DNA from: Cyclobacteriaceae bacterium
GTDB taxonomy: Bacteria > Bacteroidota > Bacteroidia > Cytophagales > Cyclobacteriaceae
NCBI GenBank assembly: GCA_020436085.1
Contig: JAGQYM010000015.1
Span: 3,190-67,189 of the forward strand
Length of the DNA: 64,000 nt
Reading direction: 5' to 3'
Under the pieces are notes generated by a model. That model saw only the letters and a program-made list of their open reading frames with translations. It was not told the DNA's origin and did not search any database. Shown piece after piece: positions 1-9,607 of the stretch (its first letter is position 1; each line of letters opens with the position of its first letter). A program made the position numbers and the translations under genes.

Positions 1-704
1 GAGTTAGTGATGATCCTAATGCAGAGTATTTTGATCCAACAGGTCAGTTCGTAGGTCAAATTGTTTACAACTCAGCAGGTAAGCCTGTTCCAACTACTGA
101 GAGAGTGCTGATGGGCAACTACAACCCAGATTGGTTGGCGGGAATTAGTAACCGACTTTCTTATAAAGGTCTTTCGTTGAGTGTGTTGATCGATCACCGT
201 CAGGGTGGGGTGGTGTACTCTCACACGCAGACTGTGGGAAGAGAGGGTGGTAGAATTATTGAAACACTTGAAGGAAGGGCGAATGGATATGACCTCAATC
301 AACCAGGCAACGGAGTGATTGGAGAAGGAGTCGTTCCAATTACGAATGCGAGCGATCAGATCACAGGCTACACTGCTAATACAACCAAACTCAGCGCAAG
401 AGAATGGCATACCACGATCACACTTGGTAGAAGACTTCTTGAGTCCATGATTTATGATGCCACATTCACCAAGATAAGAGAGGTTGTACTTGGTTACACA
501 TTGCCAAACAAACTTATGGGCAATATGCCAATCAGAGATTTGAATATATCCTTCGTAGGCCGCAATCTGTTCTTGTGGAGTAAAGTGCCACACATTGATC
601 CAGAAGTATCCTCTACCTCAGGCGGAACGATAATCCCTGGTGTGGAATCAACTACTATACCTTCAGCCAGAAGTTACGGTTTCAATATCAACTTCAAACT
701 TTAA
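1..704 (+). CDS. SusC/RagA-family TonB-dependent receptor, C-terminal part (5'-truncated by the window edge)
   Basis: Frame is open from base 3. It carries typical SusC C-terminal motifs (GNYNPDW, LSLSVLIDHRQGG, IYDATFTKIREV, GRNL, DPE, PSARSYGFNINFKL) and lies directly upstream of a SusD. Confidence 0.92.
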   Translation, partial: VSDDPNAEYFDPTGQFVGQIVYNSAGKPVPTTERVLMGNYNPDWLAGISNRLSYKGLSLSVLIDHRQGGVVYSHTQTVGREGGRIIETLEGRANGYDLNQPGNGVIGEGVVPITNASDQITGYTANTTKLSAREWHTTITLGRRLLESMIYDATFTKIREVVLGYTLPNKLMGNMPIRDLNISFVGRNLFLWSKVPHIDPEVSSTSGGTIIPGVESTTIPSARSYGFNINFKL

Positions 705-711
705 TCAGATC

Positions 712-2196
712 ATGAAAAAATTACACATAAGAACGATACTACTTGGCGTCCTGATGATGGGAGCCTGTACATCTGACTTTGAAGAAATTAATACGAATCC
801 AAATTCGCCAACGACAGTAGCACCCCAATTGTTACTGCCGCAGGTAATGCGTGACATGATGAATTCCCTGATGAACGAAACATGGGGAATCGGAAATATC
901 GTTGTTCAGCATACAGCAAAGAATCAGTTCGTAAACGAAGACAGATACCTGTGGGGAGAATTGAACGCTGTTTGGAATGCAGTTTATGACAACGCACGTG
1001 ACGTAAACAACATTATTCTGATTGCAGATGAGCAGAAACTGTCGAACACCAAGGCAGTAGCGCTTATAGTTAAGTCGTGGATGTTTTCTCTGGCAACAGA
1101 CGCTTATGGTGATATTCCTTATAAGGAGGCCACGTCCGCAAAAACAGGAATAAATTATCCTGTTTACGATACACAGGAAAGTGTCTACCAGGGAATCCTT
1201 GCCGACCTTGCAGAAGCAAATACATTGCTCGCAACCGGAACAGATGCAGTTACAGGTGATCCGATATACAAGGGCACACTAATGAATTGGAGAAAGTTGG
1301 CAAACTCGCTTCGCATTCGCTATCTGATGAGAATTTCTGACCGCACAAATGTTGGTAGCCAAATCACAGCAATCCTGTCTGATCCTTCTGCAAATCCGAT
1401 TTTTGAAGGCAACGAAGACAACGGTGTGTATTCATACCTGGCCTCGTCACCTGATCAATTTCCAAACTACACACAGCGGATTGGTTCATTCAACGAATTT
1501 CGCGCAAGCAAAACAATGGTTGACTGGTTGGAAGATCGCAATGACCCTCGTGTAGAAATTTACTTCCGCGCGACTCCAGCTACAGAAAACACACCCGATC
1601 CATCCGATGACGTAATCGTAGGAATACCGAATGGATTAGGAGATGTTGAAGCACAGGAGTTCAACGGTGGTCAACAGAATCAATCCCGTATCGGTGCGCT
1701 TTTCTATGAGAACTCTATTTCAGCGCAAGGCTTGAATGTAGCTAAAGGAGTTATTATGACTTATGCTGAGTTGAATTTCCTGTTAGCGGAAGCAGCTGAG
1801 AAGAATTTGATTACCGCTTCGGCAGAAGATTATTACCTCGAAGGAATTGAAGCTTCATTTGATTTCTATGGAGTTGATCCGGGAGCAGGATACTACGCAC
1901 AGGCTGAAGTAGCCTATACTGGAACGCAGCAAGAAAAGCTGGTGAAAATTGGAGAGCAGAAATGGGCATCTCTGTACTATCAGGGATTGGAAGCATGGTT
2001 TGATTGGAGACGCACAAACATTCCAGTGTTAGTGCCTTCAGTAACGAATCAGAACAACAACCGCATTCCCGTGAGGTTCATTTATCCCATTATCGAGCAA
2101 GCGCTGAATGGAACAAACAGGGCAACTGCAGTGGGTCGTCAAGGTGCAGATGATCTCAACAGCAGAGTTTGGTGGGATGTTAACGCTAACAATTGA
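712..2196 (+). CDS. SusD/RagB-family nutrient-binding lipoprotein
   Basis: Likely start is ATG 712, giving the lipoprotein signal MKKLHIRTILLGVLMMGA-C followed by DFEEINTNPN. Motifs TDAYGDIPY, YAELNFLLAEAA, QKW, EAWFDWRR, PVRFIYP, VWWD. Confidence 0.93.
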   Translation: MKKLHIRTILLGVLMMGACTSDFEEINTNPNSPTTVAPQLLLPQVMRDMMNSLMNETWGIGNIVVQHTAKNQFVNEDRYLWGELNAVWNAVYDNARDVNNIILIADEQKLSNTKAVALIVKSWMFSLATDAYGDIPYKEATSAKTGINYPVYDTQESVYQGILADLAEANTLLATGTDAVTGDPIYKGTLMNWRKLANSLRIRYLMRISDRTNVGSQITAILSDPSANPIFEGNEDNGVYSYLASSPDQFPNYTQRIGSFNEFRASKTMVDWLEDRNDPRVEIYFRATPATENTPDPSDDVIVGIPNGLGDVEAQEFNGGQQNQSRIGALFYENSISAQGLNVAKGVIMTYAELNFLLAEAAEKNLITASAEDYYLEGIEASFDFYGVDPGAGYYAQAEVAYTGTQQEKLVKIGEQKWASLYYQGLEAWFDWRRTNIPVLVPSVTNQNNNRIPVRFIYPIIEQALNGTNRATAVGRQGADDLNSRVWWDVNANN

Positions 2197-2209
2197 TTTG
2201 ATGTAACTT

Positions 2210-2236
2210 AGAGAGGTCGTAATGACCTCTCTTTTT
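2210..2236 (+). terminator. Intrinsic terminator / stem-loop after susD
   Basis: AGAGAGGTC-gtaat-GACCTCTCT is a perfect 9-bp stem followed by TTTT. Confidence 0.75.
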
Positions 2237-2248
2237 CATTTTATAGAT

Positions 2249-3346
2249 ATGAATAAAATAACCCTTGCAATTTTTGTGCTGTCGTTGATGGCTATCAGCC
2301 ATACCCATGCACAAAACAAAACTGAAAACGTCATTCTCATTACACTCGATGGAATGAGATGGCAAGAGGTCTTTGGCGGAGCGGATAAAACCCTGGTCGG
2401 AAATAAAACCTTTGTTAGTGACTCTGCGGCATTAACCAAAAAATTCTGGAGAGAATCTGAGGCAGAGAGACGGAAAGAATTAATGCCATTCTTCTGGGAG
2501 ACTATTGCAACGAAAGGACAGCTCTACGGAAATCGAAACCTGAAGAACAAAGTGAATGTAACCAACCAGATGTGGTTTTCATATCCCGGTTACAATGAAA
2601 TACTCACAGGCTCAGCAGATGACGTTCATATAACCTCGAACGACAAAATCAATAACCCCAACACTACAGTTCTTGAGTTCTTGAACAAAGACAAAAAGTT
2701 CGCTTGCAAAGTAGCTGCATTTTCTTCGTGGGATTGCTTTCCTTATATCATCAATACAGAAAGAAGTGGAATTCCAGTAAGCTCCGGAATCGTAAAGCAA
2801 GAAAAGACGCCAACCGAAACAGAGAAACTCATTAACGAGCTGATGTACGAGATTCCAAATCCACTAGGGGAAGTAAGACTTGATGCATTTACATTCTATT
2901 ATGCAATGGAGTATCTCAAGAAAAACAAACCAAAAGTGTTGTACATATCATTCGATGAAACCGATGACTTTGCACATGGAGGAAAGTATGACCTTTATCT
3001 TGAAGCAGCGCATTACACAGATAGAATGATCGCTAAACTTTGGAATTGGCTTCAAAACGACCCGCAATACAAAGGCAAGACAACGATAATACTCACAACA
3101 GATCACGGTCGCGGTCATCACGATGTGGAAGCATGGAGACACCATGGTATCAAAGTTCCAGATGCCGATCAAATCTGGATAGGCGTTTTAGGACCCGACA
3201 CACCTGCGCTGGGCGCGGTGAAAACAGACTCACAACTTTATCAGAACCAAATTGCCCAAACAATCGCTCAACTCTTAAATACGAAATTTGACGGAGCAGG
3301 CAAATCTGGTAAAGCGATTCAGACCGCGTTTTCAGGAAAGCCATAG
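2249..3346 (+). CDS. Secreted alkaline-phosphatase-superfamily metalloenzyme
   Basis: Signal peptide from ATG 2249. AP-superfamily motifs: ITLDGMRWQEVF, SYPGYNEILTG (candidate Ser nucleophile), DETDDFAH, TTDHGRG. Confidence 0.8.
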   Translation: MNKITLAIFVLSLMAISHTHAQNKTENVILITLDGMRWQEVFGGADKTLVGNKTFVSDSAALTKKFWRESEAERRKELMPFFWETIATKGQLYGNRNLKNKVNVTNQMWFSYPGYNEILTGSADDVHITSNDKINNPNTTVLEFLNKDKKFACKVAAFSSWDCFPYIINTERSGIPVSSGIVKQEKTPTETEKLINELMYEIPNPLGEVRLDAFTFYYAMEYLKKNKPKVLYISFDETDDFAHGGKYDLYLEAAHYTDRMIAKLWNWLQNDPQYKGKTTIILTTDHGRGHHDVEAWRHHGIKVPDADQIWIGVLGPDTPALGAVKTDSQLYQNQIAQTIAQLLNTKFDGAGKSGKAIQTAFSGKP

Positions 3347-3348
3347 CG

Positions 3349-5055
3349 TTGAGAATTTCGGTATTTACTTTCTTCCTGATAACTGCAGTAGGTTGTTCGC
3401 ACTCAAATAAAGAAGTGGGAGCAACCTACCTGCCTTGTTCATCATTGTATGGAGAGGCAAGTGCAGACAAATTGGAATTGAAGCAGTTCCTTGAAAGCAT
3501 CCCCAGTCCCATTCTAAAGGCTGACGAAAGCTATGACTCATCTTGGGTTTTTGTGGAAGGAGGTTTAGACGAAGAACTAAATCAAGATTATAAAGTCATC
3601 GAAGGAGCAGCAATCAATCTTCCTCATAGGATTAATCTCCCCAATCAATCCCTCTGGTATCAGAAAATAGTAGAAGTTGACGCACCAGGCGTGCTCGAGA
3701 TAAGTGCTGACGATGGAGCGCAACTCATTGTTGATGGGAAACGAATACTCCGAATTCATGGCAATTTTTTTCCATTTGACTTTTCAGGGGAGCATTCAGT
3801 CACAATCCGCGTGCTGAACAATGCAATGTTTGGAGGTTTAAATCGCGTGAGATACTACACACGCGACAGGTATACCAAGTTTATAAAAGACAAGGAAGAA
3901 GTTGATGAAGAAAAATTTCTTTTACAAAAAGCTCTGCTCATAAAAAATATAGATGTCAACGCCAGCTTACCTGCAGCTGATTTGATTCAAGACCTGCAAC
4001 AAAAATTGAGCTCGTATCCTTACATAATTGGACCTTATCTGATTAGGCGTACAGATACTGTGAGCATTATGGCCATCACTGATTCAAACAAATCAGTTGA
4101 ACTATGGAAGGGAAGCGATTCTCTTAACCTGACCTTGAAGGACTCGAAGCAGGGTGGCATTGTGCGATTCGACCTGAGTCAAGCAGAAACATCCGATGGA
4201 CTCTACTATCGTTTGGTTTCCGATCGATCACTTTCAGCGATCAATTACATTTCAACAAAAGAGACAGCGTCCTACTCATTCAACGTCTGGGCCGACAGTC
4301 AATCAGGGTGGAAAAATTTCAATCAAACGCTTAGCGTCATTAGTCAGGGATCGGATGCCTTTGGAGTGGGATTGGGCGATCTTGTTTCGGAGGGTTGTGA
4401 TTCATTGCATTGGATTCAATTTTTTTCGCACCTCGCTCAGGTCAGCGGTCGAATGCCATTTTTCCTTATTCCAGGCAATCACGACTATGACGGCTACTAT
4501 GACGATCTCAATGCAGCCAATCATCGTGCATTCACACAGAGCAACCCCTTTCAGAGTTGGACATTTGACAACTCAGCCTTTATCGCTATCGATCCAAATG
4601 CAACTTTTCCGATCGGTATCAAGGACGGGACGAATCAGTACCAGTGGTTTCAAAAAGAGATTGAAAGTGAAAAATGGAAGAACGCGACATGGAGATTTGT
4701 TTTCCTGCACCAGCCGCCATTCTCACAAGGATGGGAAGGTTATCATGGCGATCAGGTGATTAGAGATTTACTGGAGCCAGTGCTGGAAAAAGCCAAGGTC
4801 GATTTTGTAGTGTGTGGTCATACGCATAACTACGAGCGATGGACTCGCAGCTATGGCGAGCAAAGAGTGACTTTCTTAATTGTGGGTGGGGCAGGTGGCT
4901 CGTTGGAAGATGGGCCGATGTCAGCAGAGCCTGAAATGGATACTGCTATTCGTCAACATCACTTTGGTAGGTTCACAATCAGTCAAAATGCCGTGAAGTT
5001 TGAAGCCATTAGCCACGAAGGCAGAGCCATCGATAGTTACCGTCAAGTTAAATAA
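3349..5055 (+). CDS. Lipoprotein metallophosphoesterase (purple acid phosphatase-like) with extra N-terminal domain
   Basis: TTG start and lipobox AVG-C. Calcineurin-like motifs WADSQ, GDLV, PGNHD, FLHQPP, CGHTH. Confidence 0.85.
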   Translation: MRISVFTFFLITAVGCSHSNKEVGATYLPCSSLYGEASADKLELKQFLESIPSPILKADESYDSSWVFVEGGLDEELNQDYKVIEGAAINLPHRINLPNQSLWYQKIVEVDAPGVLEISADDGAQLIVDGKRILRIHGNFFPFDFSGEHSVTIRVLNNAMFGGLNRVRYYTRDRYTKFIKDKEEVDEEKFLLQKALLIKNIDVNASLPAADLIQDLQQKLSSYPYIIGPYLIRRTDTVSIMAITDSNKSVELWKGSDSLNLTLKDSKQGGIVRFDLSQAETSDGLYYRLVSDRSLSAINYISTKETASYSFNVWADSQSGWKNFNQTLSVISQGSDAFGVGLGDLVSEGCDSLHWIQFFSHLAQVSGRMPFFLIPGNHDYDGYYDDLNAANHRAFTQSNPFQSWTFDNSAFIAIDPNATFPIGIKDGTNQYQWFQKEIESEKWKNATWRFVFLHQPPFSQGWEGYHGDQVIRDLLEPVLEKAKVDFVVCGHTHNYERWTRSYGEQRVTFLIVGGAGGSLEDGPMSAEPEMDTAIRQHHFGRFTISQNAVKFEAISHEGRAIDSYRQVK

Positions 5056-5065
5056 AGACAGAGCT

Positions 5066-5323
5066 TCAGGTCTTTATTACAACTGATGAAGCTACGTTCA
5101 TTCCGTGTGAATTAGATTCTGTACCTCTTTCCTCCCATCTTGAAAGGAAAATAATCATCATAATGACAATTAGGATTACAACAAAGAATCCAAACACTCT
5201 CATTATTTTTTTCAGTCGCTGAGTTTGTTCATGGCGTTCCAAAACGGAATTGTAGTTTCGAAACCGATCGATACCCCTCGCTGTAGTGCGTTGCCTTCTT
5301 AGACGGATCTCGTTTCTACCCAT
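5066..5323 (-). CDS. Small single-TM protein overlapping the ECF sigma stop (possible anti-sigma)
   Basis: 85 aa with a basic N-terminus and one hydrophobic segment (VFGFFVVILIVIMMIIFL). Its start overlaps the sigma-factor stop. Confidence 0.65.
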   Translation of the reverse strand: MGRNEIRLRRQRTTARGIDRFRNYNSVLERHEQTQRLKKIMRVFGFFVVILIVIMMIIFLSRWEERGTESNSHGMNVASSVVIKT

Positions 5324-5876
5324 CGTATTTTACCTTAAGCTTAAAATTCTTTCTCAGTTTATCCAGCGCCCTGTACGTCCTCATCTTGGCCCCACTCTCC
5401 GTAATGTCCAGAATGTAGGCGATCTCTTTGAAATCACGGTCTTCATAAAATCTCAGTTCTAATACCTGAAGCATATCGAGCGGCAAATCTTTCATAAACT
5501 CGATCAACCTTTGAATCAATTCCTCATCCCAGCTATCATCGCTCTGAGCAACCAACTCTTTTATTCTAACCTCCTCAATACTGAAAACCTTCTTACCCTT
5601 ATTCTTTCTGAAATGCTTATTGACTTCGTTGCTGGCAATCTTATACAACCATGCAGAAAAAGGTACACCGCGCAGTTCGTAACGCTTCAAATTATTCAAA
5701 GCGTTAACGAAAGTTTGGGCGCATAAGTCACCAGCTAGCTCCTCTTCATCTGTTTGGCGAAGAAGGTAAAAGTAAATCCTGTCGAAATACTTCTCGTACA
5801 AGACACCGAATGCCTTGGGGTCTTTCTTGGCCTGTAGAATGATGGCCTCTTCTTGCCGTATTTCATCTTCCGACAT
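5316..5876 (-). CDS. RNA polymerase ECF (sigma-70/sigma-24) sigma factor
   Basis: Region 2 (FGVLYEKY, DLCAQTFVNAL, FSAWLYKIASN) and region 4 (LELRFYE, FKEIAYIL, AKMRTYRAL). Confidence 0.93.
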   Translation of the reverse strand: MSEDEIRQEEAIILQAKKDPKAFGVLYEKYFDRIYFYLLRQTDEEELAGDLCAQTFVNALNNLKRYELRGVPFSAWLYKIASNEVNKHFRKNKGKKVFSIEEVRIKELVAQSDDSWDEELIQRLIEFMKDLPLDMLQVLELRFYEDRDFKEIAYILDITESGAKMRTYRALDKLRKNFKLKVKYDG

Positions 5877-5896
5877 AGAGTGATATTCTCCCCTAA

Positions 5897-5923
5897 TAAC
5901 GCAATTAGTAGCCGAAAGTCACT
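5897..5923 (-). promoter_or_regulatory. Candidate ECF-type (autoregulatory) promoter
   Basis: Minus strand reads AGTGAC-N16-CGTTA about 20 nt upstream of the sigma ATG, resembling the generic ECF AAC-N16/17-CGT pattern. Confidence 0.35.
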
Positions 5924-5931
5924 ATTAGCAG

Positions 5932-7218
5932 TTACCGATACCCTGCTATATCGGAAATGTTTTTGTGGAGAATTACAATGTCTTTAAGCTCTTCCTCTTT
6001 TGGGTGATGGTCATCGTCATAAGCACCCCACTGACTGGTGGCCACATAGTAAAAATCAGTGCCGTCAAGGCAGCCGATGGTGGGTTCGTGAAATGCCGGA
6101 TGGTCTCTGTCAATAATCGAAGCTCGTGTAATCTTATTGAGTTCAGTATTTAAAAAATGCATGGTCGAGCGAAAAGGAATGACTCCATTTTGAATAGCAA
6201 TCAAACTATTGTTGTAGAAAAGCAGTCCATCTATTCCCTTCAAAGATTGAGGTGAATTTGATTCTAACTTTATCAAATCTTTCGAGTGACAAGTCAAACG
6301 ATATGGCCCTTTTATGTAGTCTGAAATAAAAAGAAACTTATCATCCGATGAAAAAGTAATCCCCTGAAGATTCCAAAACTCATCTGAGGTGTAATATGCT
6401 TCCAGCATTCCCTTCTTCTCGTTCACTATATATATAGTGTTAGTTATCCCATCGCTTACATAGGCATTCCCCTTGCTATCCAGAGTGAGGTCGCCAAAAA
6501 CTGAATTTGTTGGATTGGCCAGGCTATACTTGCCCAACAGCTTTCCACTGGAAAGGTCGAATCGGTAAACAGCCGATTGAAGTGTAGAATCGTAATTCTC
6601 CATCTCGGGCATCGGACTGGCACAGGCCCAAAGAATTCTCTTCCTGCTGTCAATCCTCAGTCCGAAAACAGACATGATGCCATACTCGCCCGATTTGACG
6701 AAATCCTTGACCTGCCCACTTGCATTCCTGACAAGTATTTTTCTTTTATGAATACTTCCCAGATAGAAATTTTTGGTTTTTGGATCATAAACTACAGACT
6801 CAATGTGCGCGTTACGTTCACTAATCGTAAAAGCAGTGTCTGATTGTAAAACAGGGCGTTGAAGCTCCTGTTGTGTTGTCAACAGCTCCCTGAATTTTTG
6901 CTCCTTTTCAAGGCCCTTTAACTCTGGATTGGACAGATCGAGCGTGGCGGTCGTGTGTATTGCCTTGGAAAGGGCATCGATTGCCTCATCTGCGTGACCA
7001 TTCAGAGCGGCAGCAATGCCAAGTTGATATTGAATGATCTGGTGAAAGGGATGAAGCCTGCCGGCCTCCTTGATATTATTATAAAAGCCCACCAGGTCAT
7101 TACTCTCGTGGGCTTCTTTTGCTTTGTTATAATAGTACTGAACATCTTGTGAAATGCATGGATTGACTGAAAGCGTCAACCAAAAAATAATAATCGTCAA
7201 TAAAATTTTATCATTCAT
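5932..7218 (-). CDS. Secreted TPR + beta-propeller (SMP-30/gluconolactonase-like) protein
   Basis: Signal peptide and TPR-like N-terminus (YQLGIAAALNGHADEAIDALSKAI). Blade motifs ESVVYDP, VFGLRID, FGDLTLDSKGNAYVSDG, LQGITFS, GIDGL. Confidence 0.7.
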   Translation of the reverse strand: MNDKILLTIIIFWLTLSVNPCISQDVQYYYNKAKEAHESNDLVGFYNNIKEAGRLHPFHQIIQYQLGIAAALNGHADEAIDALSKAIHTTATLDLSNPELKGLEKEQKFRELLTTQQELQRPVLQSDTAFTISERNAHIESVVYDPKTKNFYLGSIHKRKILVRNASGQVKDFVKSGEYGIMSVFGLRIDSRKRILWACASPMPEMENYDSTLQSAVYRFDLSSGKLLGKYSLANPTNSVFGDLTLDSKGNAYVSDGITNTIYIVNEKKGMLEAYYTSDEFWNLQGITFSSDDKFLFISDYIKGPYRLTCHSKDLIKLESNSPQSLKGIDGLLFYNNSLIAIQNGVIPFRSTMHFLNTELNKITRASIIDRDHPAFHEPTIGCLDGTDFYYVATSQWGAYDDDHHPKEEELKDIVILHKNISDIAGYR

Positions 7219-9607
7219 TCCTTAGTGTCTCGGTAGGGTTGATCATAGCTGCTTTTATTGCCTGATAACTTGCAGTCAGGAAAGCAATCAAGATACAACC
7301 AATTACCGCACCAACAAATAAAGGAATTCCTATTTCAGTTTTGTAAGCAAAACTCGATAGCAATGTATCGATGCCATAAATCGAAAGCGGAACAGCAAGT
7401 AGAATCGCGATGACGATGAGTCGCGTGTATTCATTAGTAATCAGTAGAATAATATTTCCCGCAGAAGCACCCATTACTTTTCGTATTCCAATCTCCTTCG
7501 TCTTCTGAGTTGCTGAAAAAGAAACGAGACCCAACAAACCGAGACACGCAATTACGATCGCGAGCGTAGCGAACACACCAAATAGCTTGCTCATCCTCTG
7601 TTCACTGCGATAGAGCGCATCAAATTGTTGATCTAGAAACTCGTAAGTGAATGGCCGGTGTGGCGCGACCGTATTGCTAACTGCTTTTAGTTGTTCCAAC
7701 GTTTCGCTGATCGAACCAGGTGCCAGCTTCGCAATGGCAAAGTTATATTCGTTAGCTCCACTGAAAATCACAAGCGGCCCGATAGGCATGTGTAGCGAAG
7801 CGAAATGAAAATCTTTGAGAACGCCAACGATTTCGCCTTGGCGACCATTGAGCACCACTTTCTTGCCAACGGCCTGCTCTCCGGTAAGAAACAGACTCTT
7901 TAATACAGATTCATTTACAAGAAAAGCATAGGTAGTGTCTGCAAGGAAACGCTCAATATCATTTTCGTTAAAGTCTCTGCCCGCTACCACTTCCATTCCC
8001 AGGGAAGTAACAAAACCATCATCCGCTGAAACCGCCACGACCGAGAGTGATGGATCCGAAGAATCCTGAATCTCAAGACTATAGCCACCACGGATTTCTA
8101 CCGGAGACTCAGTAGCTCTGCCAATTGAACTCACTTTTCCCGTTCTCAAAAACTCTGATTTTAATGAAGAATATACATCCTGTGTTTTTCTGTCGAGAGG
8201 AATCACAATAGCATTCTCACGATCATAGCCAAGATTTTTACTTTGAATAAATGATAACTGTTTAAGGATTGCGATCGTGCTGATGCTGAGCACCAGTGTT
8301 ACACAAAATTGAAACACAACCAAACTCTTCCTCAGCCAGATTCCTTTTGCCGATGTCCGAAAATTTCCTTTGAGAATACTTACCGGTTTGAAAGCTGTAA
8401 TCGCCAAAGCCGGATAGGCACCCGATACAATGGCAATGAAGACAGCAGTGATGAGTATGGCTACAAGGAATGTAGGATCAAAGAATGCCGTATGGCTAAA
8501 GGTCTTGCCGGTTAAGTCGTTAAACAACGGGAGCATCAGTTGTACCAAAAGAAAAGCAAGTACCAAAGCAAAAAAAGTAATCACCACCGACTCACCAACA
8601 AACTGCGCCATCAACTGTTTCTTTGAAGCACCAACTACTTTCCTCACACCCACCTCCTTGGCTCTGTATGATGCACGCGCAGTTGCCAGGTTTACATAGT
8701 TGATACAGGCAATCACCAGGATGATCAAGGCAATTCCAGAGAAGAGATACACGTATTGAATGCTTCCTACGTTTTCCATCTCATTTTGGGCAGTCGAGTA
8801 GAGATGAATGTCAGGCATCTTTGTCCACTTATATTTTACGTAGTCGTCCGGCCCTGATAACTGATCACCAATCGCGGCTTTTGATAACGCATTCGTTTTT
8901 TCCTCCAATGACAACAAATCTGCACCCGGTGTAAGTAGTACATACGTCAGATAATTGGCCGACCACCAAACACCATCTTCGCGAGACTGTCGAAGAGAAG
9001 AGAAAGAACCTATAAAATCAAATTGAAGATATGAGTTGCTTCCCGCATCCTGCACAATACCTGTAACGGTGTAATCATTTTGTCCATTAATGAGAAGAGT
9101 TTGCCCCACCGGATCCTCGTTACCAAAATATTTTTTCGCCATGCTTTCCGTCAGCACCACCGACCTGGGTTGAGTGAGAACAGTCTTGGGATTTCCCTTT
9201 AGCAAGTGATATGAGAACACATCGAAAAAGGTGCTATCGGCAAAGTAGAATTTACCCTCTTGAAAGAAGTTGTCATCTCTCTTTACGATAAAGGGATTGA
9301 AAGAAGCCGGGTTGTAAATCCTCACACCAGTCTCGACCTCAGCAAAATTCTTTTGCAAAGCCGGAAGCAATGCCGTAGGTGAAACGGACATTTGTGCAGA
9401 TCGGCCTCCATAGCTCATATTCATTGAAACCCTGAAAATTCTATCAGCGTTTGTATGAAAACGATCGAAGCTGACTTCATGTCTTATCCACAACGCCAGC
9501 AATAAGCTGATGGCAATACCTAAGCCAAGGCCGAAGATGTTGATCAGCGAATAAGAAAAGTGTTTTTGAAGATTTCTTAATGTGGTGAGGAAGTAGTTTT
9601 TGATCAT
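7211..9607 (-). CDS. ABC transporter permease, MacB/FtsX family (two periplasmic core + FtsX units)
   Basis: YSLINIFGLGLGIA, SFDRFH, IACINYVNLATARASYRAKEVGVRKVVGA, KEIGIRKVMGA, AAMINPTETLRNE. Confidence 0.92.
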   Translation of the reverse strand: MIKNYFLTTLRNLQKHFSYSLINIFGLGLGIAISLLLALWIRHEVSFDRFHTNADRIFRVSMNMSYGGRSAQMSVSPTALLPALQKNFAEVETGVRIYNPASFNPFIVKRDDNFFQEGKFYFADSTFFDVFSYHLLKGNPKTVLTQPRSVVLTESMAKKYFGNEDPVGQTLLINGQNDYTVTGIVQDAGSNSYLQFDFIGSFSSLRQSREDGVWWSANYLTYVLLTPGADLLSLEEKTNALSKAAIGDQLSGPDDYVKYKWTKMPDIHLYSTAQNEMENVGSIQYVYLFSGIALIILVIACINYVNLATARASYRAKEVGVRKVVGASKKQLMAQFVGESVVITFFALVLAFLLVQLMLPLFNDLTGKTFSHTAFFDPTFLVAILITAVFIAIVSGAYPALAITAFKPVSILKGNFRTSAKGIWLRKSLVVFQFCVTLVLSISTIAILKQLSFIQSKNLGYDRENAIVIPLDRKTQDVYSSLKSEFLRTGKVSSIGRATESPVEIRGGYSLEIQDSSDPSLSVVAVSADDGFVTSLGMEVVAGRDFNENDIERFLADTTYAFLVNESVLKSLFLTGEQAVGKKVVLNGRQGEIVGVLKDFHFASLHMPIGPLVIFSGANEYNFAIAKLAPGSISETLEQLKAVSNTVAPHRPFTYEFLDQQFDALYRSEQRMSKLFGVFATLAIVIACLGLLGLVSFSATQKTKEIGIRKVMGASAGNIILLITNEYTRLIVIAILLAVPLSIYGIDTLLSSFAYKTEIGIPLFVGAVIGCILIAFLTASYQAIKAAMINPTETLRNE

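Noticed and set aside
640-711. ORF-track upstream starts (640, 2222, 18934, 20453, 31538, 32840, 36241, 57345)
   Set aside because: Downstream ATGs give proper signal peptides or family N-termini and avoid overlaps with terminators, promoters or upstream genes.
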